Below are positions 22,810 to 32,399 of a stretch of DNA of 64,000 nt, piece by piece (within the stretch, counting starts at the first letter, position 1; each line of letters starts with the position of its first letter). A program made the position numbers and the translations under genes. The notes below the pieces were generated by a model, which saw nothing but the letters and a program-made list of their open reading frames with translations, was not told the origin of the DNA and ran no database searches. Source of the DNA: Epithemia pelagica (lineage: Eukaryota > Protista > Bacillariophyta); the NCBI GenBank assembly GCA_946965045.2, contig OX337240.1, forward strand, positions 2,542,001 through 2,606,000, given 5' to 3'.

Positions 22810-24278
22810 CAGCCACTGACGCACTTCACGCGCTTCATCTCGCTCATCGGCCGCAATCGCTGGGACATACCAAATGCGATCATAGGTTTCGCTCAGCGTT
22901 TGCAGGGCGGTTTCGGTGTCGGCCAAATAGAGGGTTGGATAAACGGGCAGGGTGGTAAACGTCAGCTCCGGCCGGGTCTGATAATGATCGTGCCCCAGCA
23001 TCACAATCGCATCGCTGTAGACAACCACATCATTTTCACCAGCCGTTCGTTCGATAAACCGTACCAGGCTGCGGATGTCGTCTTTGGCCACAACCGGGTT
23101 GTTGTAGCGGGTCACGAGCGAACTAATTGAGGCAGCCAGCGGGACTAAAATCGCCAAAAGCTCAATTGGCTTGGCCCAGCTGAGATTTCTTTTTTGATGG
23201 GATGTAAGTTCCCAACCCAGCATGATAGCGGCCACGACCAGCAAGATATAGCCGATATTGCCCAGCATGATGTGCCGGATCCCTTGATACATCGGCTTAA
23301 TCATCGATGCGAAGAAAATGCCAACGGCCGGGAAAAACAGGGAGAGGCCAAGCAGAGCCGCTAGGATCGGGCTTCGTTTTTGCCAGAGCAGCACCAATCC
23401 GGCTAAGACGACAATCAAAAATCCCCACCAAAGTGTTGAAAAGAGCCACGGGAGATTGGCCGGGGTAACACCCATTCCATATCCTCGGACAAGGTCGTTA
23501 AAGATGGTGTCAAAGGGGACAAATTTAAAGCCTCTTTCGGCCGGGGTAAATAGGCGCGGAATTAGGGGGGGGGCAAAAGCGGGATAACGGCCAGTGCGCC
23601 CGCAACGCCTCCGATCACGAGCCAACGGCCCAATCGAGTGTGTCGCCAGAGCAGATACCCCCAAATGAATCCATGACCCGCAATGTAAAACACCGCTGCG
23701 ATATGGGTCCCAATGGCGATCAGGGCTAAAAATAGATAAATCCCAAACCAACGCCAGATTTCGGCCGGAGAAGCGTTCTCTTCGGCTTGCTTGACGGCCA
23801 AGAGCACAACCAAAAGCAGAAGTAGCCCCTCGACGTTGAGCAAGGTGTACATACGTGCTTCTTGGGCGTACCAAAGCAGAAGCGGATTGATGGCTGCCAG
23901 CAGCCCGGCCAAAATGCCGGCCGTCTGGCGGCCGGTCAGCCGCGTTCCAAGCTGAAACATCAGGGGGACTGAAAGTACCGCGAATAAAGCGGACGGAAAG
24001 CGAAACGCAAAATCGCTATCGCCAAAAATCTGTCTTGTAAAGTGGATGAGGAGGTAGTAAACGGGGAGGTGGGTGTCTTGTGTTGGCTCCCCTTGGATTG
24101 TGATCCGGTTGCTCAAGATTTCGGGAATCGAATAGCCAGATCTTAGCGGTGTTAAGGCTTCGTCGATCCAAAAACTAAAATCGTCGATTTGGTGTAGGGC
24201 AAGCCAGAAGCTCAGCCAGATGATCCCGATTAGGCTGAGCTGTCGTATTAGTTGCCTCTTCCCGAAAAATGACAGCAT
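22810..24278 (-). pseudogene. Bacterial GT-C / glycosyltransferase family 39 (PMT-like) membrane protein, frameshifted and 3'-truncated
   Basis: FSFWIDEALT, DTHLPVYYLL, AFRFPSALFAVLSV and LLWYAQEARMYTL. A frameshift in the G9 run at 23565-23573 joins IPLLPP to LIPRLF. Cut at EVRQWLA (22810). Confidence 0.85.
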
Positions 24279-24342
24279 TCTGCCAATTTTATATCGCCCC
24301 CTGCAAAAGTCGATGAACGTAGGGTAAGTGTTGAATTTAAAC

Positions 24343-25131
24343 TTAAAGGTTGCTGGCGTCTTCTGGTGTTTCTTCCTCTGGGGGATCGAGGTAGATGTCA
24401 GGGATTTCGAGGTTGTTGTCTCGGCAGAACTGGCGCACCAGCGCGTTTCCGCGCGTGGCCGATTTGACGATCCAGTCGAGCTTAACTTCGTGCGCATCCG
24501 CTGTGCTCAGTTCCCACGGCACATCGCTTGTCCGCAGCCGATGAGTAAGTTCCTGAAAGCTGAGGGCTGCGCTGACAGAGATGTTAAGGCTTTGGGTAAA
24601 GCCGTACATCGGGATGGTCATGAAATGGTCTGCGAGATCATGGGCTTCTTCAGAGAGGCCAGTCTCCTCGGTGCCAAAGCAGAGGGCCAGCGGCCGGTCG
24701 ATCGGTACGTCATAGAGCGAAGTCGCACCCGGCCGGAGCGAAGTCGCCACAACCGTATAGCCATCCGCTTTGAGCCGGGAAATACAGCTCTGGGTCCCAC
24801 TTGGTTCACCGGGGGCATGGGGGATCGGTGTGCCGTCTTCGGCCCATTCTCCGTAGCGATGGAGGGTGAGCCAGCGTGAGGCACCCATCGCCACTTCAGG
24901 ATTAATTTGGTACTCGTTTTTGTCTTCGATAATGTGAACGTCTTGAATGCCAAAGATGTCACACGAGCGCAGAACGGCGCTGGCGTTGTGGGGCTGGTAG
25001 ATGTTTTCAAGCACGGCCGTAAAGTGACGGGTACGATTAACGAGGATTTGATCGATTAACTGGAGCCGCTTTTGAGTTATAAATTGGCTCATCCAGTCGA
25101 TGAGCGGGCTGGTGTGGGATGCGTTCAACAT
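24343..25131 (-). CDS. trmH: TrmH/SpoU-family RNA 2'-O-methyltransferase (bacterial), ORF intact
   Basis: VLENIYQPHNASAVLRSCDIFG, ALCFGTEETGLS and IPMYGFTQSLNISVSAA are the SPOUT motifs 1-3. Confidence 0.9.
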   Translation of the reverse strand: MLNASHTSPLIDWMSQFITQKRLQLIDQILVNRTRHFTAVLENIYQPHNASAVLRSCDIFGIQDVHIIEDKNEYQINPEVAMGASRWLTLHRYGEWAEDGTPIPHAPGEPSGTQSCISRLKADGYTVVATSLRPGATSLYDVPIDRPLALCFGTEETGLSEEAHDLADHFMTIPMYGFTQSLNISVSAALSFQELTHRLRTSDVPWELSTADAHEVKLDWIVKSATRGNALVRQFCRDNNLEIPDIYLDPPEEETPEDASNL

Positions 25132-25247
25132 TGAACCGATTGTAGCGAAATTGTTTCGGGGGGCGAAAAGCTTACAATTGGGTGGCAATGCGCCGTTACT
25201 TAAGCCCCCCTAATCAAAAAACAACCGAATCGGGTTAAAATTGCCCT

Positions 25248-25662
25248 ATGATTATTAATCTCTCTCCATCCCCCTATCCGAGACGCGGGGGGCCTAGCTG
25301 TATGACGCTCATCTTGGTCTTTTTCGCGGCCGGGGCTGGGATGTATTTGTTTTCTAACGTTGAGCAGGTGGTTGACGTGATTGTCCCTACGGTCACGCCT
25401 GAGCCAACCCGCTCGGCCGAGTCATTTGCCTTTAGCGCCGCTCTTTACAATCGAGATGGCGATACGGAAAAAGCGATCGATTCTTATCGTAAAGCGATCG
25501 CGCTTGATCCCGATAATTCAAACTACTATATCGACCTGATTAATTTGCTGACAATTGAGGGTGATGCCGAAGAAGCGCTCGAGATCGCAGAGCAGGTTAG
25601 CCTGATTGCCCCAGACGATGCGGAAGTGCTTGTTGCCGTTTCATCCGCCTATCTTACACACG
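25248..25662 (+). pseudogene. Bacterial TPR membrane protein, 5' part (split by transposon)
   Basis: TM helix plus VIVPTVTPEPTRSA linker, then TPR 'GDTEKAIDSYRKAIALDPDN'. It ends at SSAYLTH, where a purine-rich eukaryotic sequence begins. Confidence 0.85.
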
Positions 25663-28600
25663 AAAATAGGGGGGGGAGAAGGCAGAGGAGAGGGGGAGAG
25701 GAGGGGGAGAGAGAAGGAGAGAAGAAGGAGATTCTGTAAGTCAGATTCCTTCATGAAACCGATCCGCGTATTGCTCGCAGTCTCACGTTTGTTTCCTCTG
25801 ACGTATGAAATGCTCTAGGAAGCTCCAAACTTCCCTCAGAGGGGAGAAGGCACTTCCCCTCCAAAACGATTAAGCCCTTCATGTCGTTTCAGCACCTTTT
25901 TGTTATTGAAACGACATTCTACACTGGTACAATCCTCCCAACCATCCGATGACCTTTCACGTGGTTCTACGTAGCATGTGATGAGGCGTATCCAGTCTGT
26001 GCTTCGCATCACAATCGGAACTGCTTGCACCTTGCACAAGATCTTGTCATAATTTTTTTTGCTACAATGTTACTCACTACGAATTTTTCTTTTTGTTGTT
26101 TGTCATGCAGGTATTCAGGTCAATCAAGAGAATGAAGATGGTGCCTTGTTCAAGGCTCGTTTGGGGCAGCGTCGGTCATGGGGTGGACGTCCTTTCCCTC
26201 GTTCTACGCAGTACTTCATGTACTTGACGCAACAGAACTGGGTTTGGACACGACGTGGTGGTCCGAAGGGAGGAAAGGTGGGCATGCATCTCGGGACGGA
26301 TTGAAGACCACCCCAGCCATGGGGATTGCAGTGGAATGCAAAGGGGTATTGCTGTTGATCGGGGAGTGTTGTTGGCCGTTGCTGATTTTGCTTGTACGGG
26401 TTGACAGGTTGGTTTTTCTGTCTTGTTGTCGTTGTTGTTGTTGCCGATTGCAGTACCACCAACCCATTTGCTGTTGTTGCCATTGCAGGTGTGCTGTTTG
26501 CTGCATTTTGAGGCTCTTTGTGTTGTTGTTGTTGATCCTGCACTGTCGCTGCTGATTGATTTGTTGCTGCCATCGTTGTTGTTGGTAAGGCTTCGCTGTT
26601 GTTTGTAACCTTTTGCTTTTTGTTGCTGGTGTTGTTCTCATCCAAATCGTCGCTCTCTTTTTCTTCTCCCTCTCTTTCCTTTCTCTTATTGCTACTGATT
26701 GCCTGTGCTTGTGCTGTTTCTTGTTGTTGTGTCTGTTGTTGTGTTTCTTGCCGTGTCTGTTGTTGTGTTTCTGGCTGTGTCTGTGGTTGTTGTATTTTGG
26801 CTGGATTCTCCTCGCTGTCCTGTTGTTGGATTTCATCTTCGACCTCTGACTCCTCCTCTGCCAAACCCAACAATGGAATGGACGTGTCATGCGGCAACCT
26901 CTTCTTGTTGCTCGCACCTTTTTCGGCACTGGCATCGATCGTTGAGTGGATGCTTTGGAACTTGTTGCGTGATTTCTTTTCTCGTTTCCAGGTACTCGGA
27001 GAAAAACCGTTCTCCTGTATCTTCTGGAAGCTTCTCAACCTCTGGAAAGGGAGGGCGAGAAGCTCCAGACATCGAGGCAAGTATATTGATCATGTTTGTT
27101 TTGCATGCGTTACCAAAACTCACCACCATTTCCCATCCTGCACGTTCTTCTTGAGACTTCGTCATGATTCTCATCTTGTGACGAATTGCCCTGTTATACT
27201 GGGCCGTGCCTGCCAAATTCAAAGCATCTGCGAGACTTTCTCGCATGCCACAGTTGGCAAAATGCGTCAAATTATCATGAAAGCTCTCGAGCTTACTCTC
27301 TCCTCTCAAAGGTACGTACTCCACTAGCTGGTTGCTTGATCTTGGTGATGGAGGTATCTCACGATACATTTTCTCCACGGGCAAGGGATCAGCAAGGAAC
27401 TTTGCCTTCTCTTTACAGTTTTCCAGTGCTTGATGTGTTTCGGCCGTAAAAAGAGGTTGATTGGAGTGTGGATCCAATCGGCCTCGTGCTGGTGGCTTGC
27501 CAGGAGTGGAAGTGCACTTGTATTTGCACTTCCACTCCTCCAACTTGAGGACAATCGTATCGCCACCCCGAATAATCTTCCGTAAGTTCTTTGAGTACCT
27601 CTGTCGAAAGGTCTTGGTTCCCATCATTTCACTGATCTCTTCGTCTGTGTATTGTTTCTTGGAGCTTGACATGGTTCCATTTTTCAAAGAACCAACAAGT
27701 TTCTCCAAGTCTTCAGGATGGTACTTGTAGATCGCATCCAACAAATCCTTCATGGCTATCCCAAAGTCAATGTGCCGTTGTCTGAGCGTCTTGGTTATCC
27801 TCTGTATGAAATGGAAAAGGCCAAGACGGCCCTCCAAGTCATCAACCAACAACAACCAAAAATCCTTGCCACAAGGCCATGTGTCAGAGTACATGGCCTT
27901 GGGGCAAAACCCGGTACGTCTCAGCACTTGTTCCGCAGCATGTGCAAACTCGAGTGCTGATGTGTCGTGCACTAACACTGCACAAGCAATTTCTCCTGCC
28001 TCTGTTGCCATGGTCCACATTGCAGCTGCATTGAGGCGTCTTGGATAATTTTTCACTACCTGGTGGGTGTGGTCGTGAGCAAACATGTGCTGGCATCTAA
28101 CCCCTTGAATCTCTCTTGTGTTTCTCTCATTGTCAGACACCATCCAGGGTTGCCATTCGGAGCTTGCTCCATCATCATATAGCTGGCGGATTGTCTCGCC
28201 TAAAGGTGGGTAGCGAACCAGAAACTCACCATCCTTTTGCACGTAGTCTTCTGATTCTTTTCCTGTAGCAGCACAATAAGAATAGTACCTCATTGTCTTG
28301 TCTTCATAGCATGTGTTGATTCCTTCATATAGCATCCGACTGATGTAATCCCCATTGCCATAGGTTACCATTGATGCTTCCATTATCCTCGTAGCATCTT
28401 CAGCTAGATGCGATGTTCCTCTAGCATACTTGGGTTCCACTGGGTAACACATAGCCATGTAGGGAGGCAGTCGTGCGAGCAATTCTCCATCATTTGCATA
28501 GAAGGCAGCCGAGCACCCGGCACACTTGTATCCCATAAGTATTGCATACTTTGGGGGACCAGACATGGCGAAAATGGGGAAAAGGGACTTGTTTTTTGAA

Positions 28601-29749
28601 AAGTTCGATCGCGTACGCTGGAGATTACCCCGGCAACGAGGACAACGCAAGTGGTTACTGGGGAAAAACAGCTCCCAATCAGCAACCAGGAGTTCCTGTC
28701 CCACAATCGAGTCGTACAAAGCACTCGTGTTGTCGGCAATGGGGGGTACATTAACGGTAATATTAGTGAAGAAAGGTTTCAAATTCTCAACACAACGCTT
28801 AGAACCAAGGCACGTGTCGGTCACATAACTCGCCAACGCATGCACAGCACGTGGGACATGCACCTCCGTAGGTACTGCTGTCACACGCATAATTACCTCA
28901 AACTTGAAATCTTCGGCTGTTGGAACATACGCGCCTTCCTCGCCACCAACGGTAGAACTTTCCGTTGCCAAAGTCACACTAGTAGATTCTGTGTTTTCAT
29001 TTTCAGCCCCTCTCTTTGCGTTTTTCGACGTGCAATTGGGACGAGGTCGCATGAAAACGTCCACTGCCTCCTTCGTAACATTGGAGGCGGACAGTTTCTC
29101 ACCACTGGTAAGTGGTTTGCGAATTGCTGCTGCATGGACAGCCTGGGCCTTTTCTGAGGCCACCACCTCTGCTCCTCTTCCATCGTTCATTCCCTTGCCC
29201 CTTGTTGTTGTGTTTTTGCTGCATCTGGGGTGGTGAGGGCGATGAGGGATGGCCATTCCTCTTGCCTTGGCCCTGCAGATGGGGCAGTCGATGTCGGACT
29301 CAAAGATGACCGAAAGGTCCATCTTTCTCCAACCTGAACGCTTCTTCCAACTCTTCTTTGGCCAACGAGAGTACTGATTTCCGTATCGTTGCGACTGTGG
29401 CCCCATGGCCTTGGCCGCTGTGAATTGTGCTGCAGAACTCATGATCTCTATTTGTTATTCTAACTTATTGAAGTGTATCCTCTTTTCCAGGCTTCTGACC
29501 ATGCTCAAAAGGGTCATGAGATGGTCAGAAGAGGACTTGTCGCAATGGTCAACTTGGCCATGCCATGGGCGACCGTGAAGGACCGACCGGATCGGCTGAT
29601 GGAATCTTCCCTCCATGTTTTTTGTCCGTGATTCGATGGGTTCCCGGGACACGGTAAGACACTTGTAACGACATTTGTTTCCTAAGTGATTTTTTGTGAA
29701 ACGACATTTCTAACCCAATCATATTGCTGCCTTTTGAAACTAACACCCA
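25663..29749 (-). mobile_element. TIR-less DDE transposon, Dada-like
   Basis: Bounded by a direct repeat ACACG (25658-25662 and 29750-29754) inside the TPR gene. No terminal inverted repeat. It carries one large transposase-like gene. Confidence 0.7.
26124..29442 (-). pseudogene. Dada-like transposase with a +1 frameshift near 26920
   Basis: Zn finger CPRC..YKCAGC, then FAHDHTHQVVKN, MYSDTW, RLGLFHFIQR and RGESKLESFH, matching the pattern I recall for Dada (DxT, YxD, DxxH, RGxxxLExFH). Removing one A in the run at 26919-26923 joins ORF 26887-29442 to ORF 26124-27080. CxxC..HxxxC motifs at both ends. Confidence 0.65.
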
Positions 29750-29963
29750 ACACGGAGAACGCTTGAATCAATACGAGCGGGGCCGAGCGAGCCATCGGCA
29801 AAAATCCGAACTTGGCCACCTTCAGGCTGGGGCGCTGATTCAGCAGGATCGAGACAACTTTCAGCGTTCCAACGAGCTAACCGATTTGGCCATTGCGCTC
29901 GACTCTCAAAGCGAGGTTGTTCACTATTACCGTGGCGTCGTGCTTGAAACGCAGGGGTATTAT
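29750..29963 (+). pseudogene. Bacterial TPR gene, 3' continuation (right part of the bacterial DNA)
   Basis: HGERLNQYER..AERAIGKNPNLA (shifted frame)..AGALIQQDRDNFQRSNELTDLAIALDSQSEVVHYYRGVVLETQGYY. This is TPR-like and continues ...YLT|HGER in frame across the element. Confidence 0.8.
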
Positions 29964-29976
29964 TGAGCGACGAGTG

Positions 29977-31473
29977 ATGGAGATGCTACCTGCCTCCGGA
30001 ACGGTTGTTACTGTGCAACACGTGGAAGAATCGGGCTTGAGAGCGGAACCTACTATTCGCTTCATGACAAGAGCTCAACACGCAACGCTATGGGCGGAGC
30101 TCGAAGCTGCGAGTTGTCTTTTGGAGGGCCCTCCTGGTGCTGGAAAATCTACTGCCGTCTGGTTTTGGCTCACACAGCGAGTCCTACGTACGGGCGAGAA
30201 AGCGCTCTGGTGTCACTTCATGAAACTTGGCTTTTGGGTGGTGCGTGTTATTAGCCGTGGAGAGGATGGCAAACTCACTTTCAAGAAAATCAATGCTCGT
30301 GATGACCCGTTCGCGCATGTCTACGATAATGAAGAAAAGATAGAAATATGTGTGGTCGATGGAGTTACACATGACAACAAAGAAATGGCCGGCAAGAGTT
30401 GGAGATCGTTTGGCTTCGATTCAAGCTTGTATAAGCACTGCCATATGATCTGGATTTCGAGTCAACAGCTGGTCGTGCCACGAGAACATCTACACGCTGT
30501 GAATATGAAGTACCTATCTCTTTACTCATGGACAGAGACCGAAATAAATGAATACGCAGCTACCTTTGATGACGGAATGAAGCGAGCATTTGTAGATGAG
30601 GTTATGGCCGGAATACCCCAAAATCGCTCTTTGCCTTCGGCCACAATTGACTTTGAACAGGCTTGCACGATCAAAAAGTACTTCTGCGGGTGTTCTGCAA
30701 GGTGGATGTTTGGGATGAGCTTGAAAGATGCATTGGAAGACATAGAAATCCACCTCTGGAAGGTGAATAATGTCCAATTGATTCAAAATGGGTTGGCTGG
30801 AGTGCGTGGAATGACTGCAGTGAACCACGTTTTTGCAATGTATCCATCTAACAATTCTGATCGGCTGGGCCTCTTCAAAATCTCGAGCTCGTTCATGATG
30901 GAGAAAATATCGGAAACGGTTGGTTTAGAGGCAATTCGAGCGATGTATTCTAGCCACTGGGTGCAAAATAATCCTTCTGTCCATGGGTTTGTTTTTGAAT
31001 GGGACATTATCACGCAACTTCAGAAGAATAATTCGCTCACTCTCACCGTGGGCTCTTTGGAGTCAACTTGGACGATAACAAAGACTGTTCGCCTTGAAGA
31101 GTTCCTACGCCATGGTATAGCTGATGATGAACAATTGCTGGTCCTCCCCGAAAAATGGAATCACCCTGAATATGACGGTTTGTATATATACAAGGATGGA
31201 GATCGACATCTCCACTTGGTGGCCTGGAATGCATCGGAGGCTGCCACTCACTCTGGAAGTGTTTCCAAACTGCTTGTTATGTTGGAATCGCTGAGTCAAC
31301 GCGAAGCGGAGTCAATCAATTTTGATACAGTCAGGTTCCTGTTTCTTGTTCCACACGAGAGACTGCTCAATTTCAAGATGCCTCCGAGTTCGCAATGCCT
31401 CCTAGCAAAGCAACAGCTTACAGCTTGGTCATTTGGAGGGTTCGAAGTTGGTGGTACGGCTCGTACCCAATAG
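29977..31473 (+). CDS. CRN-like P-loop NTPase + C-terminal REase protein (probably 5'-truncated by the bacterial DNA)
   Basis: Walker A LLEGPPGAGKS, Walker B ICVVDG, GCSARWMF, GFVFEW and NHPEYDGLY. The first 28 codons of ORF 29893 lie in or at the edge of the bacterial DNA. Confidence 0.75.
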   Translation: MEMLPASGTVVTVQHVEESGLRAEPTIRFMTRAQHATLWAELEAASCLLEGPPGAGKSTAVWFWLTQRVLRTGEKALWCHFMKLGFWVVRVISRGEDGKLTFKKINARDDPFAHVYDNEEKIEICVVDGVTHDNKEMAGKSWRSFGFDSSLYKHCHMIWISSQQLVVPREHLHAVNMKYLSLYSWTETEINEYAATFDDGMKRAFVDEVMAGIPQNRSLPSATIDFEQACTIKKYFCGCSARWMFGMSLKDALEDIEIHLWKVNNVQLIQNGLAGVRGMTAVNHVFAMYPSNNSDRLGLFKISSSFMMEKISETVGLEAIRAMYSSHWVQNNPSVHGFVFEWDIITQLQKNNSLTLTVGSLESTWTITKTVRLEEFLRHGIADDEQLLVLPEKWNHPEYDGLYIYKDGDRHLHLVAWNASEAATHSGSVSKLLVMLESLSQREAESINFDTVRFLFLVPHERLLNFKMPPSSQCLLAKQQLTAWSFGGFEVGGTARTQ

Positions 31474-32399
31474 ACTTTTTTTTTTGATTTGCGGTACAAA
31501 CGACCCTGTGCGCTTTCAAGCCTTTATAGGCACTAGTTGGCATTTTGCCGTTAACGAGTAATCATTGTGTTATTATTATTATCATCTAGAAGAAATAACG
31601 AATAATGAGTAGGGCCAATATTCCTTTTCCTCTCTTCTTAGCTTTGAAGTCTACTTCCAAAGTACAAGTACTTCGAAATACTTGAGTAGTCTAGACGGCC
31701 GTAGGCCAGACGAACATCAATCCAAATTCCACGTGGAGCTTTTGCCGCGATGACGCAGACTTGAAGACCTCTCCATCATCACAACATTTCAAACTCTCTT
31801 CACAGGAAGCTAGCTAACTATCTGCCGTTTCTTCATACCATTGTGAAAGAGAAAACGAAAGCCTGGAATACGATCCATGACAAGAGCCAGTGATTGAGCT
31901 CTGCAACAACAAAAGTACAGAGAAGCACGACCACCATGCCGACAAATGATTTTCGACAAGCCGATGCGGCATCAAGCATGCGACAACTTACCATGGGCAT
32001 GCTTGTCTCTGATACTTTCATGACGAAAAATGTCGCAACGACCAGCTCAAGAACTGTTCCGCAAATATCCAACACCTGCTTGTTTTCGGCTCCCGTCGAA
32101 GAACAACAAGATGTGTGGCAAGATCCCGATGCGCCGGAAGTCGATGTGGAAATTTGTAATTTCGATATCATTCAACTTGCCTTACCAAAAACATCCAAGG
32201 TTCCTCGACATGGCCTTCACTACGCTTGCTTTTGAGCAATGATTCTTCGTTGGAATATACGAAAGAAGGCGGATAGGATGTTCCAGCGGGTTTCGTCGTG
32301 CGGCTTCTTCACAACAATTTGACTCTTCTCTCTAGATTCTCATCATCATATCCCAGGAAATAAGTGCCACCTCATGCTTTTGTCCTTTTCTACTCGGCT

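Larger units (their letters stand above)
22810..25662. other. Bacterial-origin DNA, left part (Chloroflexota-like)
   Basis: Three densely packed, intron-less genes with prokaryotic products and a short divergent intergenic region (25132-25247). The left end breaks mid-gene. Confidence 0.88.

Noticed and set aside
22630-23874. 414-aa minus-strand ORF as one real protein
   Set aside because: It is chimeric. Only ~22810-23570 is the GT39 frame; the C-terminus is the antisense of the CRN pseudogene.
22810-25662. Bacterial stretch as simple contamination or a chimeric read
   Set aside because: The bacterial TPR gene continues at 29750 beyond a eukaryotic element with a 5-bp duplication, which a simple chimera does not explain. 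It is not formally excluded without reads.
26599-27327. Hydrophobic, Cys-rich plus-strand ORFs (also 3939-4649, 59289-59854, 60521-60898)
   Set aside because: They are antisense shadows of low-complexity Q/T/K/D-rich coding sequence on the other strand.
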